Virus record (IMG/VR): IMGVR_UViG_3300037467_001959
Location: 1 to 48,687 of that record
DNA length: 48,687 nucleotides
From: a virus
Taxonomy: Duplodnaviria > Caudoviricetes
Reading direction: 5' to 3' (one strand)
Every line of letters begins with the position of its first letter. Positions within the stretch are counted from its first letter, which is position 1. Shown one piece after another: positions 18,319 to 27,517 of this stretch. The notes below the pieces were generated by a model. It had not been told where the DNA came from and did not search any database. It saw nothing but the letters and a program-made list of their open reading frames with translations. Made by a program: the position numbers and the translations under genes.

Positions 18319-18879
18319 ATGCTGAGGACCACGCTGGCCAACTCCTGGGCCAAGCGCACGCTGAAGCCGCTGTACGCGTTCTCCCAGAGCACCCCGAAGG
18401 CCGTGTTCCTGGACCCGGCGTGGATCGCGGCCCCGGCCGTGCCGATCTACGCGGGCATGGCGATGGCCAAGACCATCGGCGACTCGGTCACGCTCGTCGG
18501 CGACGGCACCACCGGCCCGCTGACCCCGTACGGCCTGGCGGCCTTCATGGAGGGCGTCCCGGGCATCGAGTCCGAGATCACCAACCAGGGCGGCCCGAAC
18601 CCGTGCGCCGTCTGGGTGCTGGGTCCGGACTCCGAGTTCGAGATCGCGGCCCCGGCGTTCGACGCGGCAGCCACCTGGACGGACCCGGGCACCGCCTTCC
18701 CGCCCCTGGTGTACGCGTACACGACCGGCGCCAAGCGCGGTCAGCTCTGCCCCGTCGGTGCGGGAACCGTCGGGACCACCATCACCGCGAAGCCCGTCGC
18801 GCGTCTCCTGAAGGTGACCAGCGCGAGCAAGATCGTCATCGGCGGGCTCGACCCCAACTGGGCCAGCGACGTCGCCTGA
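18319..18879 (+). CDS. Capsid decoration/cement protein
   Basis: KRTLKPLYAFSQSTPKAVFLDP...IYAGMAM; directly upstream of the major capsid gene; strong GGAGGAGG RBS. Confidence 0.7.
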   Translation: MLRTTLANSWAKRTLKPLYAFSQSTPKAVFLDPAWIAAPAVPIYAGMAMAKTIGDSVTLVGDGTTGPLTPYGLAAFMEGVPGIESEITNQGGPNPCAVWVLGPDSEFEIAAPAFDAAATWTDPGTAFPPLVYAYTTGAKRGQLCPVGAGTVGTTITAKPVARLLKVTSASKIVIGGLDPNWASDVA

Positions 18880-18909
18880 TCTGGCGAGAGCAAAGGAAGG
18901 AACAGAACG

Positions 18910-19950
18910 ATGACCGCAGCTCTCGTCCAGACGCCGGGTCTGGCGGCGAACGGCCTGAGGAAGCAGGCCGCGCCGACCAAGTCCGACGACTACGTGGCCA
19001 AGCTGATCGAGCGCCAGGAGAAGCAGGGCAAGCTCACCTTCAAGGCGAAGACCGAGAAGCTGGCCCTGATCCTCCAGGACGGCACCAACGGCATCCGACG
19101 CCTCGGCGTCGGCATGGTCGGCCCGATCCAGCTGAAGCTGCGCTACCAGGGCATCACGCGCAACGTGCTGATGGAGGACCCGGTCACGCCGGGCACCCCC
19201 GTCGAGTACGACGTGTGGGACGACCTGGGCCAGGCGTACATCATGTCCGGCCACGAAGGCGAAGTGCGCATCAACGCCTTCGAGGGCAAGCGCGTGCCGA
19301 TCCGGTTCTACCGGATCGCATCGTTCCCGGCGATCCGCAAGGAAGATCTGGTCTACCTGCGGATCAACGCGGTCGAACAAGCCCAGGACGAGACGAAGCA
19401 GAGCATCCTCAAGCAGGAGGATGCGCGGCTCATGCTCATCCTCCAGGCGGCGGTGAACGACTACGCCAACCGCGCCGACCACGTGGTTACCCCGGACCAC
19501 CGGGTGACCCAGGCCGGTACGCAGTTCACCCCGGCGGCGCTCTACGCGGCGGTCTCCCAGACCGACATGCACGAGCTTCAGTCCGCGCGCCTGCTCGTCA
19601 ACCCGATGGACTACCGGGACCTGTACAAATGGACGATCAACGACACCGGCTGGGCCTTCAAGGACCGCGTCGTCGCCGGTGAGTCGATCACCAGCTTCGG
19701 CGAGTTCCAGATCCAGCGGTCGATCATCGTCCCGCAGGGCACGATCTTCCTGACCCCGGAGCCGAACTTCCTGGGCGTCTTCCCGGTGCTCTACTCGCTC
19801 GACGTCGAGGAGAACCACCAGGTCGAGTCGTTCTGGAAGGGCTGGGTGTTCGACGAGATGGTCTGCATGGCCATCCTGAACCCCCGTGGCCTGGCGACGA
19901 TCACGAAGACGGTCTCGAACGCCCCGATCACGGTCCCGGCCCCGGCCTGA
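18910..19950 (+). CDS. Major capsid protein (HK97 fold, Bxz1-type/linocin-like)
   Basis: MVGPIQLKLRYQGITRNVLMED, RIASFPAIRKEDL, KQEDARL and GWVFDEMVCMAILNPRG motifs. Confidence 0.92.
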   Translation: MTAALVQTPGLAANGLRKQAAPTKSDDYVAKLIERQEKQGKLTFKAKTEKLALILQDGTNGIRRLGVGMVGPIQLKLRYQGITRNVLMEDPVTPGTPVEYDVWDDLGQAYIMSGHEGEVRINAFEGKRVPIRFYRIASFPAIRKEDLVYLRINAVEQAQDETKQSILKQEDARLMLILQAAVNDYANRADHVVTPDHRVTQAGTQFTPAALYAAVSQTDMHELQSARLLVNPMDYRDLYKWTINDTGWAFKDRVVAGESITSFGEFQIQRSIIVPQGTIFLTPEPNFLGVFPVLYSLDVEENHQVESFWKGWVFDEMVCMAILNPRGLATITKTVSNAPITVPAPA

Positions 19951-19968
19951 CCCGCCTGATCAACCTGT

Positions 19969-20007
19969 CGAAAGCCCCGGTTTCCCGCGCGGAGACCGGG
20001 GCTTTCG
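19969..20007 (+). terminator. Intrinsic terminator after the major capsid gene
   Basis: CGAAAGCCCCGGTTTCC / GGAGACCGGGGCTTTCG. Confidence 0.85.
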
Positions 20008-20043
20008 CCTGTCAGCGGTCGCCGGTTCGCTGCCAATTCGCGA
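20008..20043 (+). promoter_or_regulatory. Putative phage late-promoter motif
   Basis: CCTGTC-N19-CCAA-TTCG-CGA immediately after the terminator. Confidence 0.7.
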
Positions 20044-20068
20044 AGGGAACCAGACGAAGGAGTACCCG

Positions 20069-20533
20069 ATGACCAGCACCATGTTCGTGCGCAACAACCA
20101 GCCAGGCCCGACCGTCCTGGACGAGGAGGGTTTCGAGTTCCTCCAGTGGGAAGGGCACGGGAACCCGATGGGCGCCGACGTGCTGCCGGTCCCCTCCACG
20201 CTGGTGGACAACCACAACTTCCAGCGGGCCCGGATGCTCGGCATCTTCGAGGTGATCGAGGCCGAGGAAGAGATCCAGGCCCTGCTCGACAAGACCAAGG
20301 CCGCCTGGCAGCGCCAGCAGGCGGGCCGCGCGGGCGTCAACCTCGCGAGCCTGGGCCAGTTGCCCGCCGAAGAGGGTTCCGTGCCCCAGGAGTTCGTGCA
20401 GCCGAAGCCGAAGGTCGGCCCCGGCGAGCTGCCGAAGTCGGTGGAGGTCGAGGTCGGCGTGGACACCGGCGACGAGATCGCGACCCCGCGCACGAAGACC
20501 ATGCGCGTGACCCTCGTCCGCAACGGGCTCTGA
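20069..20533 (+). CDS. Hypothetical head-associated protein (154 aa)
   Basis: AAGGAG RBS; start MTSTMFVRNNQPG. Confidence 0.75.
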   Translation: MTSTMFVRNNQPGPTVLDEEGFEFLQWEGHGNPMGADVLPVPSTLVDNHNFQRARMLGIFEVIEAEEEIQALLDKTKAAWQRQQAGRAGVNLASLGQLPAEEGSVPQEFVQPKPKVGPGELPKSVEVEVGVDTGDEIATPRTKTMRVTLVRNGL

Positions 20534-20593
20534 CCCGTCCCCAACAAGCTCGGGGCCCGGACCTCGGGAAGATCAGCAGAGAAGGAGCACGGA

Positions 20594-21232
20594 ATGCCGA
20601 CCGAGAAGTCCGAAAGCAAGCCGGACACCACCGAGGACCCGGCCACCGACGAGGAGCACCCGCTGGACGCGCTGCGGCGCGAGGGCATGCGCCTGAACCC
20701 GCAGTTCCAGACCGAGCACCTCGACACGACCGGCGGCGGCCCGGTGGACATCCACCGCATCTCCCCGGCGTTCGAAGAGGCCCGTCAGCACGCGGTGCGC
20801 CAGCTTGCGCGGGCGGCCGACGAGGACGTGCCGCCGGACAATGTCGTGTTCTCCGAGGACGCGGACGTCGCCGAGCGCCAGCGGAAGCTGGCCCGCAAGC
20901 TCGCCGAGGACGTGCCGGACGAGGAGCCGGACCGCCGCCCGCCGGGCACCTACGCCGACGGCATGGGCGGCCCGTACGGCCAGGGTGTCGTGGTCGGTTC
21001 CGACGGCGAGCCGGTCAACACGAACGAGCAGGGCGACACCGAGGACCCCGGCGCGGCCGAGACCTCGAAGCCCGTGGCCGCCCCGGCGACCAAAGCGACC
21101 GCCGGTGACGACGAGGACCCGAAGGACGAGACCAAGACCGAGACCAAGTCGACCTCGTCCAGCTCGCGCACGGCGGCCAGCAAGACCACGGCCTCGAAGC
21201 CCACGTCGTCGAGCAGCACCGCGAAGAAGTAG
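20594..21232 (+). CDS. Acidic low-complexity protein with S/T/K-rich tail
   Basis: AAGGAG RBS; codon bias. Confidence 0.75.
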   Translation: MPTEKSESKPDTTEDPATDEEHPLDALRREGMRLNPQFQTEHLDTTGGGPVDIHRISPAFEEARQHAVRQLARAADEDVPPDNVVFSEDADVAERQRKLARKLAEDVPDEEPDRRPPGTYADGMGGPYGQGVVVGSDGEPVNTNEQGDTEDPGAAETSKPVAAPATKATAGDDEDPKDETKTETKSTSSSSRTAASKTTASKPTSSSSTAKK

Positions 21233-21246
21233 GGCTCCCCGAGGCA

Positions 21247-21276
21247 GGCCGGGCGGGCTCCCTTCCCCGCCCGGCC
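21247..21276 (+). terminator. GC-rich hairpin, probable terminator
   Basis: GGCCGGGCGGG / CCCGCCCGGCC followed by a pyrimidine tract. Confidence 0.65.
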
Positions 21277-21318
21277 CCCTCTTCGCCTTCCCCCGCCCCG
21301 TGAGCGCATGAGGTAGAG

Positions 21319-22008
21319 ATGACTGCGAGCAAGACCCCCAACCTCGGCCTGATGTCGCCTGTGCTGTCGGACTCGTTCACTCCGGACGACTTCGCCCAGA
21401 CCTTCGGGATCCTGGACGCGCACCCGGGCATCGAGGTGATCGCCAACCAGGCGGCCCGGCCGAGCAATCTGGGCTCGGCGCAGCACGGCCGGATGTACTG
21501 GCAGGCGGACCAGAACATCATGTGGGTCTGGAACCAGCCAGTGTCCAATGTGGCCGGTTCCTGGTTGCGCCAGGGCACGAAGGGCTGGCTCGGCGGCGCG
21601 AGCAACGCGGCCCAGGTGAACACCACGGCGATCTCGGTGGCCACGGCCCCGACGATCGTCAACGTCAACACGCTGATCCCCGGCGGCCGCCCGTGCCTGG
21701 TCCTCTACAAGTGGACCTTCATCGGCAACGACCAGGCCCGCTACGCCACGATCAACCTGCTCGCGAACTCGTCGAGCATCCAGGAGGCCCGGTTCAACGG
21801 CAACGGCTTCGGCGTGGCCTACACCGCGAGCACTCCCTACCCGCCCCAGTCGCAGATGCACGGCCTGATCTACGGGGCGCCCGCGAGCCAGCAGAACGTG
21901 AACTTCCAGGTGAAGCTGCGCTGCCAGGACCCCGCCGTCGTCGGTTCGGCGCAGGGCGGCGGCAGCTGCTTCATCATCGGCACCACCCTGGACATCTTCG
22001 AGCTGTGA
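21319..22008 (+). CDS. Fibre/whisker-like minor structural protein
   Basis: N-terminal TPNLGL..P...D anchor motif; beta-rich C-terminus. Confidence 0.6.
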   Translation: MTASKTPNLGLMSPVLSDSFTPDDFAQTFGILDAHPGIEVIANQAARPSNLGSAQHGRMYWQADQNIMWVWNQPVSNVAGSWLRQGTKGWLGGASNAAQVNTTAISVATAPTIVNVNTLIPGGRPCLVLYKWTFIGNDQARYATINLLANSSSIQEARFNGNGFGVAYTASTPYPPQSQMHGLIYGAPASQQNVNFQVKLRCQDPAVVGSAQGGGSCFIIGTTLDIFEL

Positions 22009-22018
22009 GGAGGAGCCG

Positions 22019-22888
22019 GTGACCCTGTCCGATCGCCTGTGGATCAACCAGTACGACCCCGCCGTGCTGGGCATGCACGTCTATGTGCGCGGGCAGATCG
22101 GCGACCCCGACTCGAACCTGGTCCAGGTGACCATGGCCAGCGAGGACACCGGCGCCCCGGTCTTCACCAACCGCGCGGCCACCCGCGCCGAGGTCGGCGC
22201 CTACGAGATCCAGCTGACCTCCGACGAGACGGCGGCCATCGGCCCCTTCGCGCTCACTTGGTCCTACACCCTGGACGGCACCGGCGAGAGCTACACGACC
22301 CACATCCAGGTCGGCGAGTTCAGCCCGGACTACGCGGTGCTCTCCGACGGCATGAAGGGTGTTGTCGAGCAGGGCTGGAACCGCTTCGAGGACCTGTTCG
22401 ACTCCCCGCTCGGCGGGCCGAACCTCCAGGTGTACGCGCAGAGCCACTTCAACCGGGGCCGGATCGCGCAGCTGCTGCGGTTTGCCGTCGGGCGCCTGAA
22501 CACCGCCGCGCAGCCGTTTCAGAGCTACACCCTGGACGGCGACGGTGGCGCGGCCTTTCCGCTGGCCCAGTGGGGCGCGCTGCTGGAGCAGGCGCTCTAC
22601 GTCGAGATCCTCAAGCACCTGCGGCGGTCCTATGTGGAGCAGCCGCTGCTGATGGGCGGCGAGGTCACCCGGCACGACCGCCGGGACTACTTCGACCGCT
22701 GGGACCGGGTTCTCCAGGACGAGCAGCAGCAGCTGAAGGAGCAGCTCGACGTCTTCAAGATCCGCTCCATGGGCCTCGGCCGCCCGGCCGTGCTGGTGTC
22801 CGGTGGCGCGTACGGCCGCTCCCCCGCCGGGGTGCGGTACATGGGCACCAGAGGACGGCCGCGTTTCTACCGGCCCGGTCTGTACTGA
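22019..22888 (+). CDS. Putative head-to-tail adaptor (neck protein)
   Basis: Ig-like N-terminus plus helical C-terminus (FEDLFDSPLGGP, DRRDYFDRW); position. Confidence 0.6.
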   Translation: MTLSDRLWINQYDPAVLGMHVYVRGQIGDPDSNLVQVTMASEDTGAPVFTNRAATRAEVGAYEIQLTSDETAAIGPFALTWSYTLDGTGESYTTHIQVGEFSPDYAVLSDGMKGVVEQGWNRFEDLFDSPLGGPNLQVYAQSHFNRGRIAQLLRFAVGRLNTAAQPFQSYTLDGDGGAAFPLAQWGALLEQALYVEILKHLRRSYVEQPLLMGGEVTRHDRRDYFDRWDRVLQDEQQQLKEQLDVFKIRSMGLGRPAVLVSGGAYGRSPAGVRYMGTRGRPRFYRPGLY

Positions 22889-22896
22889 GGTGGCCG

Positions 22897-23574
22897 GTGA
22901 CTCGATACCGCTTCCCCCAGGACCGCGCGACCTACGTCTACGGCGATGACCTGGCGCCGATCCTGACGCCGCCGCGTACCGCCGTGGTGGTCTATGCCGA
23001 CCAAGCGCTGACAACCCCGGCTGACATCACCACGCTGGAAGGCCAGGCAATCGCCCTGAGCACGCTGTACACCGAGCACGGGCTGCTGCCGGAGTTCCTG
23101 GGCCCGGACGGCGCCTCGCGGCTCTGGACGGGCGTTCAGGGCGGCATTGCCTACCCGCTGGACGCGCAGGCCTCGTCGCTGCTGGAGAACAGCGGCGTCG
23201 GCGGGATCGCCCGGCAGCTGTGGGCCACTGGCACGGCGGCATCCGCGCTGTCAGGCCATCGTGTGGTGACCCCAGCTCCGGACGGTTCGCTGGGCTACGC
23301 CAGCAACGACGACGTCGATCACGTGCACGCGCCGCTGTGGATCACGGCCAGCGCGGCTTCTTCCGGCGCCCAGCTGGAAGCCCTGATGTTCGGGCCCATG
23401 ATCGAGCCCACCTGGAGCTGGATGCCCGGCCAGCCGGTGTACCTCGGCGCCAACGGCGTGCTCACCCAGTCCCTCCCGGCCGCGCCGGGAGCCGTGTTCA
23501 TCGCGCAGGTGGGCACGGCCACCAGCCCGACATCCCTGTTCGTCGATCGCAGCCCGTCGATCAAGATCATCTAA
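22897..23574 (+). CDS. Fibre/decoration-type structural protein (225 aa)
   Basis: GAGGTG RBS with GTG start; ALSGHRVV...EPTWSW.PGQPVYLGANGVLTQ module. Confidence 0.65.
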   Translation: MTRYRFPQDRATYVYGDDLAPILTPPRTAVVVYADQALTTPADITTLEGQAIALSTLYTEHGLLPEFLGPDGASRLWTGVQGGIAYPLDAQASSLLENSGVGGIARQLWATGTAASALSGHRVVTPAPDGSLGYASNDDVDHVHAPLWITASAASSGAQLEALMFGPMIEPTWSWMPGQPVYLGANGVLTQSLPAAPGAVFIAQVGTATSPTSLFVDRSPSIKII

Positions 23575-23582
23575 GGAAGATC

Positions 23583-24092
23583 ATGGCCGGAGACAAGTTC
23601 CTCTACAACAACGCCGGGACGATCACCGAGAAGGTGTCGAACCAGACATCGGCGGGTGCGGGCGACGCGGGCAAGATCGTGGCCCTCGACGCGACCGGCC
23701 GTATCGACAACTCCATGATGCCGACCGGCATCGGAGCCGACACCGCGACCATCACCGCCTCCGAGGCGCTGGCCGCCGGAGACCTGGTGAACGTCTGGAA
23801 CTCCACCGGCGCCAAGGTGCGCAAGGCTGACGCGAGCACGACGGGCAAGGAAGCTCACGGCTTCGTGCTGGCCGCCGTGTCCAATGGTGCGGCGGCCACG
23901 GTCTACTTCGAGGGCACCGACACCCAGGTGACGGGCCTGACGCCGGGCGTGCAGTACCTGTCGGCGACCACCCCCGGCGCGGCGACCGTCACGGCGCCCT
24001 CCGGCTCCGGTCAGGTCGTCCAGCGTGTCGGCTTCGCCACGGCGGCCACCGCGCTGAACTTCCAGTCCATGCCGCCGGTTGTGCTGGCCTGA
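23583..24092 (+). CDS. Fibre/decoration-type structural protein (169 aa)
   Basis: AAGGAAG RBS; ASEALAAGDLVNV...VRKADA...GLTPG..YLS module. Confidence 0.65.
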   Translation: MAGDKFLYNNAGTITEKVSNQTSAGAGDAGKIVALDATGRIDNSMMPTGIGADTATITASEALAAGDLVNVWNSTGAKVRKADASTTGKEAHGFVLAAVSNGAAATVYFEGTDTQVTGLTPGVQYLSATTPGAATVTAPSGSGQVVQRVGFATAATALNFQSMPPVVLA

Positions 24093-24505
24093 TGGCAGCT
24101 CGGCGCCCGCTCGTCGTCGCCTCCGGGAGCATGCAGGAAATGCCCTCGGGGGATGTCGTCGCGCCCGCTGCCATCGGCTTGGTCCCCTGGGCGCCGGTCG
24201 CCCTGACCGACGCCGCCACAATCGCCACCAACGCCGCACTGGGAAACCACTTCCGGGTGACCTTGGGCGGCAACCGGACTCTGGGCAACCCAACCAACCC
24301 CACCGACGGCCAGCGAGTCATCTGGGAGCTGATCCAGGATGGCACCGGTTCGCGCACGATCACCCTGGACACAGCCTTCGCCCTTGGCACCACGATCAGC
24401 GCGGTCACGTTGACCACGACGGCGTCCAAGCGTGATTTCCTCGGTGCGATTTACAACGCGACGGCCGCGAAGTGGTACGTGATCGCCTTCACCAAGGGGT
24501 TCTAG
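24092..24505 (+). CDS. Small fibre-associated beta protein
   Basis: TGATG overlap; FRVTLGGNRTLGNPTN..DGQ...LIQDGTGSRT motif seen in phage fibre tips. Confidence 0.65.
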   Translation: MAARRPLVVASGSMQEMPSGDVVAPAAIGLVPWAPVALTDAATIATNAALGNHFRVTLGGNRTLGNPTNPTDGQRVIWELIQDGTGSRTITLDTAFALGTTISAVTLTTTASKRDFLGAIYNATAAKWYVIAFTKGF

Positions 24506-25183
24506 ATGGCCGCCCCGATCGCTGCCTACAGCTTCGACGCGGGGTCCGGCTCGACGATCGCCGACGACTCGGGCAACGGCCGCACGCTGACCGTCGCCTC
24601 GGGCAGCTACACCGCATCCGGGCACACCGGCGCTGGCTTCCAGAACACCGGTGGGTCGGCGACCACAGGAGCGTCCGGCACGGTCACCGCCGTCAGCGGT
24701 ACGGCCTGCTCGATCATGGGCTGGATCAAGCCATCGGCACTGCCCGCCGGTGGCTCACACCTGGCTTTCGGCGCTATGCAGTCCAACGGCAACACCGACT
24801 TCGGCATCTACACCCAACGTGGCGACTTCAGCACCAGCAACGTCCTGCAAGGGGATGCCCGCATCGGCGGTGGCTTGGTCGCGGCCAACGACGGCGCGCT
24901 CACCGTCGGAACCTGGGTGCACGTGGCTCTGACGTTCGATGGCACGACGCTGAAGTTGTTCAAGGACGGCACCCAGGTCCAGACGGTCTCGAACGCAGGC
25001 TCACTGGCCAACACCGGCACGCTCTATGTCGCGGGCATCTCCCTGGAAGGCACGGGTGCCGTGACAGTGGACGACGTCCGGTACTTCGCCTCCGACGAAT
25101 CGGCCTCCATCACCACCTGGATGAACACCCCGGTCACCGGGGCCGCAGCCGCCGACACCAGCGGGTTCTTCGCATTCTTCTGA
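24506..25183 (+). CDS. LamG/concanavalin-A-like lectin domain protein
   Basis: YSFDAGSG..IADDSGNG, WIKP, GTWVHVALTFDGTTLKLFKDG, VDDVRYF. Confidence 0.85.
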   Translation: MAAPIAAYSFDAGSGSTIADDSGNGRTLTVASGSYTASGHTGAGFQNTGGSATTGASGTVTAVSGTACSIMGWIKPSALPAGGSHLAFGAMQSNGNTDFGIYTQRGDFSTSNVLQGDARIGGGLVAANDGALTVGTWVHVALTFDGTTLKLFKDGTQVQTVSNAGSLANTGTLYVAGISLEGTGAVTVDDVRYFASDESASITTWMNTPVTGAAAADTSGFFAFF

Positions 25184-25196
25184 GAGGAAGTCGCTC

Positions 25197-25925
25197 ATGC
25201 CATTGCCCATTCCACAACCGCCGAGCCCCAGCGCGGCCACCGGCGAGCGTTTCTACGTCCGGGCGCCGCAGGACTGGGCGATCGATCAGGAGCGATACCG
25301 GCACGACCAGGCGCTGTACTCGATCGGCGAGTACTCGATCTTCTACCTGATGTGGTCGCTGCTCGACTTCGAGGCGGGCCTGGTGACGCGGTGCTCGCGC
25401 TGTTACGGCACCGATGGCTCGATCGAGAACCGCAAGGCCAAGATCTACAACCAGCCCTCGGTGAACCGCTGCCCGGACTGCTTCGGCACCACCTTCGAGG
25501 GCGGCTATCGCGCGCGCATCGTCCGGCCCGCGATCTGGGCCGACAACGACGAGGACGAGAAGCTCAACCGGCAGGGCGTCGTGCACCCGGAGTCGGTGAG
25601 CGTCGAGTCCACCTGGGACTTCCGGATGCGCGAGGGCGACTTCATCATCCGTGCCGACGGCTCCCGCTGGCGGCTGCCCGCCGCGCCGCGCCGGACCACG
25701 CTGCGCTCAGGCTACGACCACCCGGCCCAGGCGGACGCCGCGATCACCTACGCCCGGATGCAGGCGCGGCTGGAGGAGCCCGGCACGGTGGCCTACCTGC
25801 TGGAGCCCGGCAGCAAGGTCGGCCTGCACACCCTGCTGACGACGCATAGCGACTTCCCCCGTCACTTCCCGGAGTTCGAGGTCATCCGGGCGCCGCTGAT
25901 CCCGCCGGACGGAGTGCTCGACTGA
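25197..25925 (+). CDS. Head closure/neck protein with Cys motifs
   Basis: RCSRCY...RCPDCFGTTFEGGY; position between head and tail genes. Confidence 0.65.
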   Translation: MPLPIPQPPSPSAATGERFYVRAPQDWAIDQERYRHDQALYSIGEYSIFYLMWSLLDFEAGLVTRCSRCYGTDGSIENRKAKIYNQPSVNRCPDCFGTTFEGGYRARIVRPAIWADNDEDEKLNRQGVVHPESVSVESTWDFRMREGDFIIRADGSRWRLPAAPRRTTLRSGYDHPAQADAAITYARMQARLEEPGTVAYLLEPGSKVGLHTLLTTHSDFPRHFPEFEVIRAPLIPPDGVLD

Positions 25926-26320
25926 TGGAGACCCTGATCTTCCGCATGGAGCCGGGCACCGGCCGCGTCGTCCAGTTGATCCCGGATCGGGTGGCGCTGG
26001 AGGACGGCAAGCGCTGGTTCTCGCCGACCTGGGATCGTGATCACGGCCTGCGTCACGAGCGCCTCGGCGATACCGACGTGGCCAGCTGGTACCGGGGTTC
26101 ACTGACGACGCCCTCCGGGTCGTGGTGGCAGCCTGGCAACGTCCGGTCCGATCCCGAGCACGCGCGACTCGCCATCCGGATCCCCCACGATCGCCCGACA
26201 CCCGGTCAGTGGTGGCTGACCTGGTGGTTCGAGCACGACGAGAACCTCACCGTCGAGTTGATCCCGCACGGCCGCATGCGTACCTGGCCGCCCGTCTTCG
26301 GCTACCTGGAGCGTTCCTGA
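25925..26320 (+). CDS. Hypothetical Trp-rich protein (131 aa)
   Basis: TGATG coupling at both ends. Confidence 0.65.
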   Translation: METLIFRMEPGTGRVVQLIPDRVALEDGKRWFSPTWDRDHGLRHERLGDTDVASWYRGSLTTPSGSWWQPGNVRSDPEHARLAIRIPHDRPTPGQWWLTWWFEHDENLTVELIPHGRMRTWPPVFGYLERS

Positions 26321-26697
26321 TGGCGACGATGCCCACCGAGGCCGACAACGACAAGGGCCTCTTCGACAAGCTGGCCGACCGCGCCGATGCCATGTTCTCG
26401 CACCCGGCGTTCTTCGCCTTCGAGATCGCGCTGGTCGTGGTTTGGGCTGCCACCGGCTGGCTGTTCGACTGGTCCGATACCTGGCACCTGCTGATCAACA
26501 CGCCGACGACGATCATCACGTTCCTGCTCGTCGGGCTCTCGGCGAACACCTCGCGCCGGTCGAATGCCGCCAGCCAGCAGAAGCTCAACGCCCTGGTCAT
26601 GGCAGTCGCGGAGCTGCCCAACATCGGAGAGAACGCACGGAGCGAGCTGCGCCGGGCGATCGGCCTGGAGGAGGACGAGGCGGCACAGGATGCGTGA
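26320..26697 (+). CDS. Low-affinity iron permease (Fet4-like) family membrane protein
   Basis: VVVWAATG..F.WSDTWHLLINTPTTIITFLLV...N..RR...A.QQKLNAL signature; start at ATG 26320. Confidence 0.8.
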   Translation: MATMPTEADNDKGLFDKLADRADAMFSHPAFFAFEIALVVVWAATGWLFDWSDTWHLLINTPTTIITFLLVGLSANTSRRSNAASQQKLNALVMAVAELPNIGENARSELRRAIGLEEDEAAQDA

Positions 26698-26753
26698 CTG
26701 TAAGTAGCGAACGAAAATGAACGACAAAGGCTCTGACCTGCGAAATTGACACT

Positions 26754-26790
26754 AGTGTAGCGCTCTCGCCACCCTTGTGGCAAATACAGA
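26754..26790. promoter_or_regulatory. AT-rich regulatory site: degenerate late motif (+) overlapping a TTGCCA-N18-TACACT housekeeping-like promoter (-)
   Basis: AGTGTA-N20-GCAA-ATAC-AGA on +; on the minus strand -35 at 26783-26778 and -10 at 26759-26754. Confidence 0.4.
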
Positions 26791-26800
26791 AAGTGACGAG

Positions 26801-27517
26801 ATGGCCCCCATCACCTCGCAGATCCTCCGGCTCGGGTCCGGCACGCCCGACCGGATGGTGATGCGCGCCGAGGGGTACTCCGAGGACGTCACGCGCTACC
26901 TCGCGATCGACGCCGTCTACGCGGCCCGGATGAGCATGCCGCGCGTCACCGGCGCCACGGCCAGCCGCCTGACGCCGGTCTACGAGGAAGGCTGGTTCGG
27001 GATCTACTTCCCGGACAGCTGGACCTGGTTCATGGAGCAGGGCACCGGCCCGCGCACGATGCGGTCGCTGGCGGGCAAGACCATCCCCATGTGGGTGTCC
27101 GATGAGGACGGTCAGATCCGGGCCAAGAACCCGAAGATCCGCATGCGCACCACGCAGGACGGCAGGACGCAGGTACTCATCTTCCGCCGGGCGGCGCCGA
27201 TCGGGCAGCGCAAGCAGGTCCGCCGCCGGAACAAGTGGACCGGTGAGATGGAGACCGTCTGGACGGTGGCGAGCTACCCAGGCGCGCCGGGCCGGATCAA
27301 CCGCCGCTCGGACGGCATGGGCTGGGGCAGGGGCAACGCCGGGCAGATCGCGGCGGGAAACGTCGGCGTGCGCTGGCGCCACCCCGGCCTGCGCGCGCTC
27401 CAGTTCCTCAACGCCGCGCTCTCGGGAGTGGCCTTCCGCTCGAACATCCCGCTCACCACCGTCTACGCGACCGACGCCGCCGAGTGGGAGCACTTCCTGA
27501 CCCGAGGAGGGCTCTGA
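26801..27517 (+). CDS. Basic neck/tail-completion protein
   Basis: Arg-rich; WFMEQGTGPRTM and WRHPGL motifs; position (GTG 26777 is an alternative start). Confidence 0.6.
   Translation: MAPITSQILRLGSGTPDRMVMRAEGYSEDVTRYLAIDAVYAARMSMPRVTGATASRLTPVYEEGWFGIYFPDSWTWFMEQGTGPRTMRSLAGKTIPMWVSDEDGQIRAKNPKIRMRTTQDGRTQVLIFRRAAPIGQRKQVRRRNKWTGEMETVWTVASYPGAPGRINRRSDGMGWGRGNAGQIAAGNVGVRWRHPGLRALQFLNAALSGVAFRSNIPLTTVYATDAAEWEHFLTRGGL

Noticed and set aside
18910-19950. Encapsulin nanocompartment
   Set aside because: Linocin-like resemblance reflects the shared HK97 fold; the context is a phage head
26746-26775. Plus-strand sigma-70 promoter from TTGACA
   Set aside because: No TANNNT at 16-19 nt spacing downstream
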